A DNA stretch of 64,000 bases, taken from assembly GCA_049515535.1 (NCBI GenBank), contig JBEKTZ010000002.1, positions 273,467 to 337,466 of the forward strand, in the 5' to 3' direction. The notes under the pieces were generated by a model. It searched no databases. It saw only the letters and a list, made by a program, of their open reading frames with translations, and was not told the DNA's origin. Shown piece by piece: positions 1-9,746 of this stretch. Made by a program: the position numbers and the translations under genes. The DNA is from Candidatus Aminicenantales bacterium. GTDB taxonomy: Bacteria > Acidobacteriota > Aminicenantia > Aminicenantales > UBA4085. Within the stretch, counting starts at the first letter, position 1, and each line of letters begins with the position of its first letter.

Positions 1-1238
1 AGGGGAAACGACATCGTCGGAGGATGGACGCCGAGGTCGATCAATCTTTTGGCGATATCGAGATTCGAGACGCCGTATTCCTTTTGATATTTGTCGGAGA
101 AGACGCATTCATGAAGGGTCGGCGTCGTATATTTGAGATGGTAGTCCTTGTCCAGGCTCTTGCGGATGTAGTTGGCGTTGAGCACGGCGATCTCGGCGAT
201 TTCTTTGATCCCGTCCGGGCCGAGGGCCAGGATGTACGCCAGGGCCTTGACGACGACGAGAAAATTGCCAAAAAAACTGCGCACCCGGCCGATGGATTCG
301 GGAAGGTTGGTGTTCAACGCCCATTTTCCGCCGCGTTTCTCCACGCGAGGGATGGGGAGATATGGCTCCAGGGCTTTTATCACGCCCACGGGACCGGAGC
401 CGGGACCTCCCCCGCCGTGCGGCGTCGCGAAGGTCTTATGAAGGTTGATGTGGATGACATCCACGCCCATATCCCCCGGCCGGCAAATGCCGGTCAGGGC
501 GTTCATGTTGGCCCCGTCCATATAAAGAAAGCCGCCTTTGGCGTGGACGATCTCCGCGATCTTACGGATGTCGTATTCGAAAACGCCCAGCGTATTCGGA
601 TTCGTCACCATGAGCGCCGCGACGTCTTCGTTCATGCGCTTGGCCAGGTCTTCGAGGTCCACGGTTCCGTTCTCGTTGGACTTGATCTCCTGGACGGTAT
701 AGCCGCATAGGTGCGCGCTCGAGGGGTTGGTTCCATGCGCGGAATCGGGAATCAGGACATATTTCCTCGCCTTGCCCCTCGCTTCGAGGCTGGCCCGGAT
801 GAGCATCATGCCCGTCAGTTCGCCTTGGGCGCCCGCGGAGGGCTGGAGCGTGAAGGCGTCCAGACCGGAGATCTCGCAGAGATAGTCTTCGACAAGCTTG
901 ATGATTTCGAGGTTGCCCTGGACCATATCCTCGGGGGCGAAGGGATGGGACAGCGCGAATTCGCGGAGCGCCGCCACCTTCTCGTTGATCTTGGGGTTAT
1001 ATTTCATCGTGCAGGAGCCGAGGGGATAGAATCCGATATCCACGCAGTAATTCTGTTGGGAGAGCCGGGTGAAATGGCGCACGATTTCGATTTCGGAGAC
1101 CTGGGGGAAACCCGGGATTTCGTCCCTCACCGGAAGCCCCCGGAGGATGTCTTTCTTCCCGGGCACGTCGAGCTTGGGAAGGGCGAACGCCCGCTTGCCT
1201 TTATCGCTGATCTCGAAGATCAAGGATTCGCGGATCAT
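1..1238 (-). CDS. gcvPB: Glycine dehydrogenase (decarboxylating) subunit 2; 3' end lies outside the window
   Basis: Not in the ORF track because it runs off the window. Manual translation from the ATG at 1238 (ATGA overlap with the gcvPA stop) gives MIRESLIFEIS...VRHFTRLSQQNY...YPLGSCTMKYNPKINE...LNLHKTFATPHGGGGPGSGP. Confidence 0.95.
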   Translation of the reverse strand, partial: MIRESLIFEISDKGKRAFALPKLDVPGKKDILRGLPVRDEIPGFPQVSEIEIVRHFTRLSQQNYCVDIGFYPLGSCTMKYNPKINEKVAALREFALSHPFAPEDMVQGNLEIIKLVEDYLCEISGLDAFTLQPSAGAQGELTGMMLIRASLEARGKARKYVLIPDSAHGTNPSSAHLCGYTVQEIKSNENGTVDLEDLAKRMNEDVAALMVTNPNTLGVFEYDIRKIAEIVHAKGGFLYMDGANMNALTGICRPGDMGVDVIHINLHKTFATPHGGGGPGSGPVGVIKALEPYLPIPRVEKRGGKWALNTNLPESIGRVRSFFGNFLVVVKALAYILALGPDGIKEIAEIAVLNANYIRKSLDKDYHLKYTTPTLHECVFSDKYQKEYGVSNLDIAKRLIDLGVHPPTMSFP

Positions 1239-2581
1239 CGGAGCACCTCCTCGAGAGCGCCGGCCAGCCTGTCGATTTCGTCCTTAGTGTACACTTCCGT
1301 CACGCAGAACAGAACGCAGTTCCCGAGCTCGGGATAAAAGGTCTTGAGACTCAGGCCACCGACGATGCCCTTCGTTCTCAGGGCGTCGTTGATCTTTTGG
1401 CCGTCTTTGCGAAACTCGAGGACGAACTCGTTGAAGAACCGGCCGCTGAAATGCCGCTTGATCCCCTTGATCCCGGAGAGCCTTTCGGCCGCGTAATCCG
1501 ATTTTTGGATGTTTTGAACGGCCATTTCCCTTAAACCGTCATGTCCGAGCGTTTCGAGGAACATGGTCGCCCGCAGCGCGCACCAAGCCTGGTTCGTGCA
1601 GATATTGGACGTGGCCTTTTCGCGGCGGATGTGCTGCTCGCGGGTGGACAAGGTCAGGACGAATCCGCGTCGTCCGTCGACGTCCTTCGTCTGTCCCGCG
1701 ATTCGGCCGGGAAGCTGTCGTAAATGCTCTTTTTTGCAGCCCATGAAGCCCAGGTGGGGACCGCCGAAGCTCGGAGCGAGGCCGAACGACTGCGCTTCGC
1801 CGCAGACGATGTCCGCGCCGAACGCGCCGGGCGCTTCGAGGACTCCGAGCGAAGCCGCTTCCGCGACCGCGACGATGAACAGCGCCTGATGGCCGTGGGC
1901 CAGGTCGCTGAATGTCTTGAGATCTTCGACGACGCCGAAGAAGTTGGGCGATTGGAGGAGAACCGCGCTCGTGTCTTTGTCCAGCTTATTCATGAGATCG
2001 TCCGTCTTGATCCCGCCGCAGTCGCCGACCTCGATCTCTTCGATGCGGACGCCCAGGTTCTTGATATATGTCCGGATCGTTTCGCGATACTGGGGATGGA
2101 GCGAACGGGCGACGAGGATCTTGGGCTTGTTGTTCAGACGATTGGCCATCAGGACGGCCTCGGCAGCCGCCATCGCGCCGTCGTAGAGCGAGGCGTTCGA
2201 GATGTCCATACCGGTGAGCTGACAGACGAGCGTTTGATATTCGAAGATGATCTGGAGCGTTCCCTGGCTGACTTCGGGCTGGTAAGGGGTGTAGGGGGTG
2301 AGGAATTCGCCGCGGGCGCTCAAAGCGTCCACGACCGAAGGAATGAAATGGCGATAGACGCCAGCGCCGAGGAACGCCAGGTGATCGGCATAAGTATTCT
2401 TCGCGGCCAGCGTCTCGAAATGGCGGAGAAGCTCGGGCTCGGACAAGGCTTCGGGCAGGTTCAGCCGCCGCTTGAGTTTGATCTCTTCCGGAAGGCAGCC
2501 GTAGAGCTCGCCGATAGACTTGATCCCGATCCTCGCCAGCATCTCCTTTTTGTCTTGGTCGCTTAAGGAGATATAGCTCAT
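1235..2581 (-). CDS. gcvPA: Glycine dehydrogenase (decarboxylating) subunit 1
   Basis: Motifs FLGAG, YTPYQPEVSQG, NASLYDG, TREQHIRREKATSNICTNQA; gcv operon context. Confidence 0.96.
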   Translation of the reverse strand: MSYISLSDQDKKEMLARIGIKSIGELYGCLPEEIKLKRRLNLPEALSEPELLRHFETLAAKNTYADHLAFLGAGVYRHFIPSVVDALSARGEFLTPYTPYQPEVSQGTLQIIFEYQTLVCQLTGMDISNASLYDGAMAAAEAVLMANRLNNKPKILVARSLHPQYRETIRTYIKNLGVRIEEIEVGDCGGIKTDDLMNKLDKDTSAVLLQSPNFFGVVEDLKTFSDLAHGHQALFIVAVAEAASLGVLEAPGAFGADIVCGEAQSFGLAPSFGGPHLGFMGCKKEHLRQLPGRIAGQTKDVDGRRGFVLTLSTREQHIRREKATSNICTNQAWCALRATMFLETLGHDGLREMAVQNIQKSDYAAERLSGIKGIKRHFSGRFFNEFVLEFRKDGQKINDALRTKGIVGGLSLKTFYPELGNCVLFCVTEVYTKDEIDRLAGALEEVLR

Positions 2582-2582
2582 G

Positions 2583-2969
2583 TTATCCTTCGAGGCCTTC
2601 CAGATATTTCTCGTAATCGGCGGCGTTCATCAGCGCGTCGACGTCGCCCTTGTTTTTCATCTTGAGCCGGATGATCCAGCCCTTGCCGTGCGGGTCCTGA
2701 TTGACCGCTTCGGGCGCGTTGTTGAGATCGGCGTTGACTTCGAGGACTTCGCCGGACACCGGAGAAAACACTTCCGAGACGGCCTTGACCGATTCGATCG
2801 ATCCGATCGTCTGGTGGACGTCGAGGTGTTTGCCGAGAGCAGGAAGTTCGACATAGACAACGTCGCCGAGATGGTTCTGGGCGTAATCCGTGATGCCGAC
2901 CGTGGCCGTTTCGCCTTTCACCTCGACCCACTCATGGTCTTTCGTATAATGAAAATGTTTGGGATACAT
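2583..2969 (-). CDS. gcvH: Glycine cleavage system H protein
   Basis: YTKDHEW, GITDYAQ..LGDVV and lipoyl-Lys motif ESVKAVSE. Start moved to MYPK, which follows a GGAGG RBS. Confidence 0.96.
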   Translation of the reverse strand: MYPKHFHYTKDHEWVEVKGETATVGITDYAQNHLGDVVYVELPALGKHLDVHQTIGSIESVKAVSEVFSPVSGEVLEVNADLNNAPEAVNQDPHGKGWIIRLKMKNKGDVDALMNAADYEKYLEGLEG

Positions 2970-3081
2970 GCGCGTTCCTCCTTCATTATTTATCCGGGTC
3001 GGACCGGCTCTCTTCATGATCCTTTCCGCGCTCTTCGGCGCGGCGATTCAGGGAAAGTGCGGGCCCTCCCCTTTCTGAATT

Positions 3082-4170
3082 TTAATAATCTCTCTTATAG
3101 AACGGCGTCGGGACGACCTTGGCCCGGGCGATCTTGTCGCGGATCCCGATCTCGAACTCCGTGCCGATCCCTGTCTTCTCGATCGGAAGATAGACCAGAC
3201 CGATGCTTTTCTTGAAGAGCGGCGAGAAGGTGCCCGAACCAACCTGGCCCGCCGGCGCGCCTTTGATGAAGATGGGATAATGAGGCCGGGCGATCCCCCT
3301 GTCGATGAGCTCGAATCCGACGAGCTTGCGGCGGATGCCTTCTTCGTTTTGCTTGACGAGAACGTCCCGGCCCAGGAAATCGCCTTTCTTGAATTTGATG
3401 ATCCACTTGAAATCGGCCTCGATCGGAGTCGTCGTGTCGTCGATATCGTTGCCGTAGAGAGGGAGCTTGGCCTCGAGGCGGAGCGTGTCCCGGGCGCCGA
3501 GGCCGACGGGCTGAAGTCCCAGCGGCTTTCCGTTTTCCACAAGGGCCTCCCAGATCGGGCCGGGGTCGGGATCGAGCGTGTAAATTTCGTAGCCGTCCTC
3601 TCCCGTGTAACCCGTCCGCGAGACGAGCGCGTTCTTGCCGAGCACCTTGCCGTAGGCCGCATGGAAGGATTTCATGTCGCCGAGATGGATGTCCGTCAGG
3701 GGCTGGAGGATCTCCAGGGCCTTCCGGCCCTGCAAGGCCAGTTGGCTGTAGCGATCCGAGGCGTTCTCGAGATGAACGTCGAAGGAGCCTTTGCGGCTCA
3801 CGATATAGGCGTAATCCTTGTCCGTATTGGCCGCGTTGACGACAAGGAGATAGTGCTCATAGCCGAGACAATAGACCAGCATATCGTCCACGTAGGTGCC
3901 TTTGGGCGTCATGAGGCCCGTATACTGGACCTGCATGGGCGCGAGGCGCGCGGCATCGTTCGGCGAGATATGCTGGACGAAGGCCAGGGCGTCTTTTCCC
4001 GTGAGATAGATTTCCCCCATGTGGCTGACGTCGAAAAGGCCGGCAGCGGCGCGGCAGGCCAGATGTTCGTCGATGATGCCTTTGTACTCAACGGGCATCT
4101 CCCATCCGCAGAATTCGATCATCTTGGCCCCGAGCTTTTTGTGGTGAGCGTTAAAACGGGTGTGTTTCAT
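3082..4170 (-). CDS. gcvT: Glycine cleavage system T protein (aminomethyltransferase)
   Basis: Motifs GWEMPV.Y, FDVSHMG, RTGYTGEDG, GLGARDTLRLEA; start taken at MKHT. Confidence 0.96.
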   Translation of the reverse strand: MKHTRFNAHHKKLGAKMIEFCGWEMPVEYKGIIDEHLACRAAAGLFDVSHMGEIYLTGKDALAFVQHISPNDAARLAPMQVQYTGLMTPKGTYVDDMLVYCLGYEHYLLVVNAANTDKDYAYIVSRKGSFDVHLENASDRYSQLALQGRKALEILQPLTDIHLGDMKSFHAAYGKVLGKNALVSRTGYTGEDGYEIYTLDPDPGPIWEALVENGKPLGLQPVGLGARDTLRLEAKLPLYGNDIDDTTTPIEADFKWIIKFKKGDFLGRDVLVKQNEEGIRRKLVGFELIDRGIARPHYPIFIKGAPAGQVGSGTFSPLFKKSIGLVYLPIEKTGIGTEFEIGIRDKIARAKVVPTPFYKRDY

Positions 4171-4280
4171 GCTGCCATATCCTTTTCTCATCCGGCGATA
4201 TTCGCGGGAGAATCGCCGAATTCATGGAATATGCATCCATTTTTTATCACATCTCGGGCCGGCTGACAAGGGAAAAAAGG

Positions 4281-4306
4281 TCTGACCGCAGTGCACTACG
4301 GTCAGA
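4281..4306. repeat. 26-bp near-perfect palindrome in a divergent promoter region
   Basis: TCTGACCGCAGTGCACTACGGTCAGA has one mismatched pair; a related element lies at 57477-57545. Confidence 0.7.
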
Positions 4307-4367
4307 AAAAAGGCGGCGAAAAACTTATAGAATAAAAAAGGGAGAATGGGTAAAATAAAGGCCGCTC

Positions 4368-5117
4368 ATGACAGACCAAGAACGGCCGGCGCGGGACGTT
4401 TCCGTCATCTTCCCGACCTATAACGAAAAGGACAATATCGGCCCGCTCATCGAGGAAATCCTCAAATATACTCCTTCCAGCACCGAAGTCATCGTCGTCG
4501 ACGACAATTCTCCCGACGGGACCTGGCAGGTCGTCGAGCGCATGCGGAAAGACCTCCCGAACCTCTATTTGTTGCGCCGCATGGATAAAAGAGGGCTGGC
4601 CTCGGCGCTGAGGGAGGGCATCGCTTTTTCCAAAGGAGAAATCATCGTCTGGTCGGACTGTGATTTCTCGATGCCCCCCGAGAAAGTCAAAGATCTGCTC
4701 GAGGGAATCGCCCAAGGACAGGACGTTGTCGTCGGCAGCCGATTCGTCAAGGGCGGCGGCGTCCAAATCGTCACCGGAAGCAACGACACGCTCCTCGCTT
4801 ATCTCATGAGCGTGACCCTGAACGTTTTCATCCAAAGAACGCTGGGGCGCGCGTTCAAGGATTACACAAGCGGATTCATCGCCTTCAGGCGAAAAGTTCT
4901 GGAACACGTTTCTCTTCGCGGCGACTACGGCGAATACTTCATCGATTTCATTTACCGCGCCCAGAAAAGGGGCTACAAGGTCCTCGAAATTCCCTACATG
5001 TGCGTTGAAAGGCGGACGGGCGTCGGAAAGACAGGTCAGCGCTTCTTCGATTATCTGAAGAAAGGCTGGAAATACGTCTGGCTGACCTTGAAATTGCGTC
5101 TCACGAAAATGAAATGA
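4368..5117 (+). CDS. GT2 glycosyltransferase (polyprenol-phosphate mannosyltransferase/DPM1-like)
   Basis: Motifs PTYNEKDNI, VDDNSPDGT, DCD, VVGSRFV.GG, DYTSGF. Confidence 0.88.
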   Translation: MTDQERPARDVSVIFPTYNEKDNIGPLIEEILKYTPSSTEVIVVDDNSPDGTWQVVERMRKDLPNLYLLRRMDKRGLASALREGIAFSKGEIIVWSDCDFSMPPEKVKDLLEGIAQGQDVVVGSRFVKGGGVQIVTGSNDTLLAYLMSVTLNVFIQRTLGRAFKDYTSGFIAFRRKVLEHVSLRGDYGEYFIDFIYRAQKRGYKVLEIPYMCVERRTGVGKTGQRFFDYLKKGWKYVWLTLKLRLTKMK

Positions 5118-5212
5118 AGACGTTCTCTCCAGGGCCGTCTCGGGCGAAGCGCGGAGACCCCAAATCGCGGAAGACGGACGCATGGGCTGGCGCGTTCTGA
5201 CAGGGCATTCCT

Positions 5213-5986
5213 TTGGAAAAGATCGAATACCAAAAGCACTTTGAGCTCGAAGAAAAATTCTGGTGGTTTCGCGGCCGCCGGAAGATTCTCATGAGCATCT
5301 TGCATTCGCGTCTCAAAGCCCAAAAAAACCGATCCGTCCTCGACGCCGGCTGCGGCGCGGGATTCAATCTCAATATGTATGAATCCCTGGGGACGGTTTT
5401 CGGCTGCGATTTTTCCGAAGAGGCGCTCTATTTCTGCAGGAAACGCGGCTTATCCAGGCTGGCCCAAGCCGATCTCAGGGCGCTCCCGTTCAAGTCCGGG
5501 ACATTCGACCTCGTCTCGGTTCTCGATGTCTTGTCCCATGAAAGCATTCGTGACGACGTCGAAGTCCTGAAGGATATCGCCGGCCTGCTCAAAGAGGGCG
5601 GCTTGATCCTCTTGGCCGACAACGCGCTCGAAATGTTACGAAGTCCGCACGACCGCGCTTACCATGTTCGCGAGCGCTATCGGAGAAAAACGCTGAGGCG
5701 AAGAATGGAGGCGGCGGGATTTCGAATCCTCCGGATGAGCTATTTCAACTTTTTCCTTTTTCCCGTCATCTTTTTGATTCGGCTGGCGGAAAGGACCGGC
5801 CGGGCCAAGGCCGAGTCCGTTCAATCTGATCTCAAGGCCGCTCCTCGTCTGCTCAACGCCGTGCTTTGCGGTATCTTCGGCTTCGAAGCCCTGTTATCCA
5901 AAAGGATCGACCTTCCCTGGGGCAGTTCGATCATCGGCCTCGCCGTAAAATCATCGGGCGGAAAAGCGGGCCTTCCCATCTCTTGA
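5213..5986 (+). CDS. Class I SAM-dependent methyltransferase
   Basis: VLDAGCGAG motif I and E..FWWF.GRR N-terminus; TTG start. Confidence 0.85.
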   Translation: MEKIEYQKHFELEEKFWWFRGRRKILMSILHSRLKAQKNRSVLDAGCGAGFNLNMYESLGTVFGCDFSEEALYFCRKRGLSRLAQADLRALPFKSGTFDLVSVLDVLSHESIRDDVEVLKDIAGLLKEGGLILLADNALEMLRSPHDRAYHVRERYRRKTLRRRMEAAGFRILRMSYFNFFLFPVIFLIRLAERTGRAKAESVQSDLKAAPRLLNAVLCGIFGFEALLSKRIDLPWGSSIIGLAVKSSGGKAGLPIS

Positions 5987-6042
5987 AATTTCGGCCGACG
6001 AAGGATGACATCAAAAATATTGTATAATAGGTCGGCTGCAAC

Positions 6043-7980
6043 ATGATGAAAATCAAAGAACCCTTGAAATCGATCATCTTCGAGCGCCTCAAGGACCATT
6101 ATCCGCTGACGCTCAACGACATCGATTTCATTTATCCTCCCCAACAGACCATGGGCGACCTGGCCCTCTCGTTCCCTTTCCAGCTGGCCAAGAAAACCAA
6201 GGTCCCTCCCCGGCAAATCGCCCAGGACATGATGGCGCGGCTTGGCTCTCTTCCCGGCGTCGCGAAAATGGAAGTCGCCGGCGCCGGATATATCAACCTC
6301 TTTCTCGAAAAAAAGAATTTCTTCGCCGCGCAGCTCGCTATTCTGAAGAACCCGTCGCATCACGCCGAAGAGAAAAAAATCGTCGTCGAGCACACGAACA
6401 TCAACCCGAACAAGGCCGCCCACATCGGCCATCTCCGGAACGCCTGCCTGGGCGACACCCTGGTGCGCTGCCTGAGATTCAAGGGCGAGAGCGTCGAGGT
6501 CCAAAACTATATTGACGATACCGGCGTCCAGGTCGTGGACGTCGTCTTCGCCTTCATGGAGCGCGAGAGGAAGTCGCTCGCAGATATCGAGAATCTCAAG
6601 GAAAGATTCGATTATTACTGTTGGGACCTCTATGCCCGGACGACGGCCTATCTCGAGGCCCATCCCGAGGCGCATCCGCGCAAAGCCGAAATCCTCAAAC
6701 ACGTCGAGCACGGACAAGATCCGGAAGCGGGCATGGCCCATTTCGTCTCACGCCGGATCTTGGGGGCCCATTTGGCCACGATGAAACGCATCGGCGCGAC
6801 TTACGACGTCCTTCCCTGCGAGAGCAGCATTCTCGGTCTCAAGTTCTGGGAAAAAGCGTTCACCCTGCTCAAGGATAAAAATGGGATTTATTACGTCGAT
6901 GACGGCCCGAACGCGAACTGCTGGGTCATGAAACTCGAGGACGAGGCGGACAAGGAGAAGATCATCGTCCGCTCGGACGGCACGGTTACGTATGTCGGCA
7001 AAGACATCGCCTACCAGCTCTGGAAGTTCGGCCTCCTGGAAAAAGATTTCGCCTACGAGCCTTTTCTCCGGGACGACGGTCATACGATCTGGATCAGCAC
7101 GGCGGCGCCGCGGCATGGCGGCCCCTCGTTCGGCGGCGCGAGCAAGGTCTATAACGTCATCGATACGCGGCAATCCTATCTCCAAAAAGTCGTCGTCCAG
7201 GGGCTGCGCGCGCTCCAGTATTTCGCCCAAGCCGAGAAGTCCATCCATTTTTCTTATGAAATGGTCGCGCTGTCTCCCGCCAGCCTCAAAGAGCTTCACC
7301 TGGAAACTTCTCTCGAGGACGCCGGCAAGGCGTTCGTGGAAGTCTCCGGGCGTAAGGGATTGGGCGTCAAGGCCGACGACCTGCTCGACCGGATGGAAGA
7401 CAAAGCCCTCGCCGAAATCGAGAAAAGAAATCCCGAGATTCCCTCCGATCAAAAGAAACGGACGGCTGCCGAAATCGCCCGCGGGGCTCTGCGCTACTTC
7501 ATGCTCAAGTATTCGAAGAACTCCCTGATCATTTTCGATTTCGACGACGCCTTGAGCTTCGAAGGCGAGACCGGGCCTTACCTCCAGTATTCGTGCGTCC
7601 GGCTCAACAGCATTTTCCGCAAAATGGAAGAGCGGGAAGGCTGGAAAGCGACCGACATGGAAACGCTGATGGCTCCGGCCAATATCTCCCTCGATGAGCT
7701 TTCCCCCGAAGAAACCGCCGATTTCTGGGACGTCGTTTCCTATGCCGCCAAATTCGAGGAGGAAGTCCTCCATTCGATCCGATCGCTCGAATTCTCGCAT
7801 CTCGCCAAATTCACGTTCAACCTGTGCCAGAAGATCAACGCCTACTACCACAAATATCCCGTCCTGGCGGAAGAAAACGCGGCGATCAAGAGGATTCGGA
7901 TCATGGCCGTTTTCTATGTTCGGGAGATCCTGGCCCGCTCGCTCGACCTCATGGGCATCCCCGTGCCTGAGCGCATGTAG
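6043..7980 (+). CDS. argS: Arginine--tRNA ligase
   Basis: EHTNINPNKAAHIGHLRN (HIGH motif), SGRKG, FEGETGPYLQY, C-terminal PERM. Confidence 0.96.
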   Translation: MMKIKEPLKSIIFERLKDHYPLTLNDIDFIYPPQQTMGDLALSFPFQLAKKTKVPPRQIAQDMMARLGSLPGVAKMEVAGAGYINLFLEKKNFFAAQLAILKNPSHHAEEKKIVVEHTNINPNKAAHIGHLRNACLGDTLVRCLRFKGESVEVQNYIDDTGVQVVDVVFAFMERERKSLADIENLKERFDYYCWDLYARTTAYLEAHPEAHPRKAEILKHVEHGQDPEAGMAHFVSRRILGAHLATMKRIGATYDVLPCESSILGLKFWEKAFTLLKDKNGIYYVDDGPNANCWVMKLEDEADKEKIIVRSDGTVTYVGKDIAYQLWKFGLLEKDFAYEPFLRDDGHTIWISTAAPRHGGPSFGGASKVYNVIDTRQSYLQKVVVQGLRALQYFAQAEKSIHFSYEMVALSPASLKELHLETSLEDAGKAFVEVSGRKGLGVKADDLLDRMEDKALAEIEKRNPEIPSDQKKRTAAEIARGALRYFMLKYSKNSLIIFDFDDALSFEGETGPYLQYSCVRLNSIFRKMEEREGWKATDMETLMAPANISLDELSPEETADFWDVVSYAAKFEEEVLHSIRSLEFSHLAKFTFNLCQKINAYYHKYPVLAEENAAIKRIRIMAVFYVREILARSLDLMGIPVPERM

Positions 7981-7986
7981 AGGGGC

Positions 7987-8014
7987 TTGTCATCCTTCCC
8001 GATTTTTCTATAAT
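7987..8014 (+). promoter_or_regulatory. Putative sigma70 promoter of the ABC operon
   Basis: TTGTCA-N16-TATAAT upstream of an AGGAGG RBS and the ATG at 8053. Confidence 0.55.
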
Positions 8015-8052
8015 AATTGTTCTGATGCGCTATTCTCTAAGGAGGTCATGGC

Positions 8053-8979
8053 ATGATTGCCATTGAACACGTCACCAAAAGATACGGTGATCTGACGGCC
8101 GTTCGCGACCTGAGCTTCAAGGTTGATAAGGGCAAGATCTGGGGGCTCCTCGGTCCCAACGCGGCCGGCAAGACCACCACGATGCGTATCCTGACCGGCT
8201 TCCTTCCCGCCACGGAGGGAAAATCCTCGATCGGGAATTTCGACGTCTTTGAACAGCCCAATGAAGCCAAAAAAATCCTCGGCTATCTTCCCGAGATCCT
8301 GCCGCTCTACCCTGATATGACCGTCACGGAATACCTGAATTTTGTCGCCGCCATCAAAAAGGTCCCGGCGGTCAAACGCCGGGAAGCCGTCGGCAAGGCG
8401 GTCAAGATCACTGGGCTTGAGTCCGTCAAGGGCCGACTTATCGAGAACATTTCCCGGGGCTTTAAACAACGGGTCGGCATCGCCCAGGCCCTCGTCCATG
8501 ATCCGCTCGTTCTCATCCTGGATGAGCCGACGATCGGCCTCGACCCGGCCCAGATCATCGAGATCCGGAGCCTGATCAAGTCTCTCAGGGGCGAACACAC
8601 CATCATCCTTTCGACTCATATCCTTCCGGAAGTGACACAGACCTGCGACGGGGTCGTCATCATCAACGAGGGCCGGCTCATGGCCTCGGGCTCGCTCGAG
8701 GACCTCACTTCCTCGATCCAGCGGAAGGAAGGCGTGATCGTCAATGTTCGTAAAGACGGTCCGGAGGCGGCGGCCGAGATCAAAAAGATCACGGGCGTGG
8801 ACAAAGTCGGAGTCGCGGACGGCGAGCTCAAAGTCGAATGGAACCTGGGGCTCGATCTGCGTGACGACATCGTCCACCTTCTCGTCGAAAAGCGGTTCGG
8901 GCTGCTCGAGATGCGACCCATGGCCATGAACATCGAAGACCTTTATCTCAAGATCATCTCGGGGGGTGGAGATCAATGA
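8053..8979 (+). CDS. ABC transporter ATP-binding protein (GldA-like)
   Basis: Walker A GPNAAGKTT, signature SRGFKQR, Walker B LILDEPT, H-loop STH. Confidence 0.92.
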   Translation: MIAIEHVTKRYGDLTAVRDLSFKVDKGKIWGLLGPNAAGKTTTMRILTGFLPATEGKSSIGNFDVFEQPNEAKKILGYLPEILPLYPDMTVTEYLNFVAAIKKVPAVKRREAVGKAVKITGLESVKGRLIENISRGFKQRVGIAQALVHDPLVLILDEPTIGLDPAQIIEIRSLIKSLRGEHTIILSTHILPEVTQTCDGVVIINEGRLMASGSLEDLTSSIQRKEGVIVNVRKDGPEAAAEIKKITGVDKVGVADGELKVEWNLGLDLRDDIVHLLVEKRFGLLEMRPMAMNIEDLYLKIISGGGDQ

Positions 8980-9743
8980 AAAACGTATGGATCATCGCAC
9001 GCAAAGAACTCCGGACCTACTTCACCGCACCCATCGCCTATGTCGTGATCATCGTTTTCAGCGTCATTATCGGCTTCTTCTTTTGGAGCATCCTCATGTG
9101 GTTCAACAACCAGTCCATGCAGATGGCGCAAAACCAGTATTATTATTCGCAAATCAACATCAACCAGATGGTCTACCAACCGCTCTTCAACAACATGAGC
9201 CTCATCCTGCTCTTCATGCTGCCGGGCCTGACCATGCGGCTTTTCTCAGAGGAGAAGAAAATCGGGACCGAGGAATTGCTCTTCACGTCGCCCATCTCCG
9301 TATGGCAGATCCTCTTCGGCAAGTTCGTCGCTGCCCTGTTCGTGCTCCTGGGTATGCTCGGGTTGACCGCCATTCTTTCCGTCTTTGCCTTCCTCTACGG
9401 CAATCCCGAAGTCGTTCCGATCCTTATCGGTTATTTCGGTCTTTTTCTCATCGGGGCGGCCTTCATCGCCATCGGCATCTTCTTCAGCTCATTGACAAAG
9501 AACCAGACCATCGCGGCCGAATTGACCTTTGGAGCCCTGCTTTTCTTCTGGGTCATCAACTGGGCCTCGAACTTCGCTGAAGGCTTTTGGAAGGATGTTT
9601 TGAATTACCTCTCTTTTTTCCAACATTTCAATAACATGACCCTCGGTATTCTCGATACGATCGACGTCATTTATTACCTGAGTTTCGTCATCCTCGGGCT
9701 CTTCCTGACGCATTGGGTCATCCAATCACGCTGGAGGAGGTAA
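8976..9743 (+). CDS. ABC-2 type permease (GldF-like)
   Basis: About 6 hydrophobic segments; TMRLFSEEKK.GT.ELL.T.P motif. Confidence 0.88.
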   Translation: MKNVWIIARKELRTYFTAPIAYVVIIVFSVIIGFFFWSILMWFNNQSMQMAQNQYYYSQININQMVYQPLFNNMSLILLFMLPGLTMRLFSEEKKIGTEELLFTSPISVWQILFGKFVAALFVLLGMLGLTAILSVFAFLYGNPEVVPILIGYFGLFLIGAAFIAIGIFFSSLTKNQTIAAELTFGALLFFWVINWASNFAEGFWKDVLNYLSFFQHFNNMTLGILDTIDVIYYLSFVILGLFLTHWVIQSRWRR

Positions 9744-9746
9744 AAC

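Noticed and set aside
24..1337. Plus-strand ORFs 24-710 and 711-1337
   Set aside because: Antisense shadows of gcvPB.
4171..4367. Glycine riboswitch upstream of gcvT
   Set aside because: No GGAGA...CCGAAG...CTCTCAGG aptamer pattern found on the minus strand.
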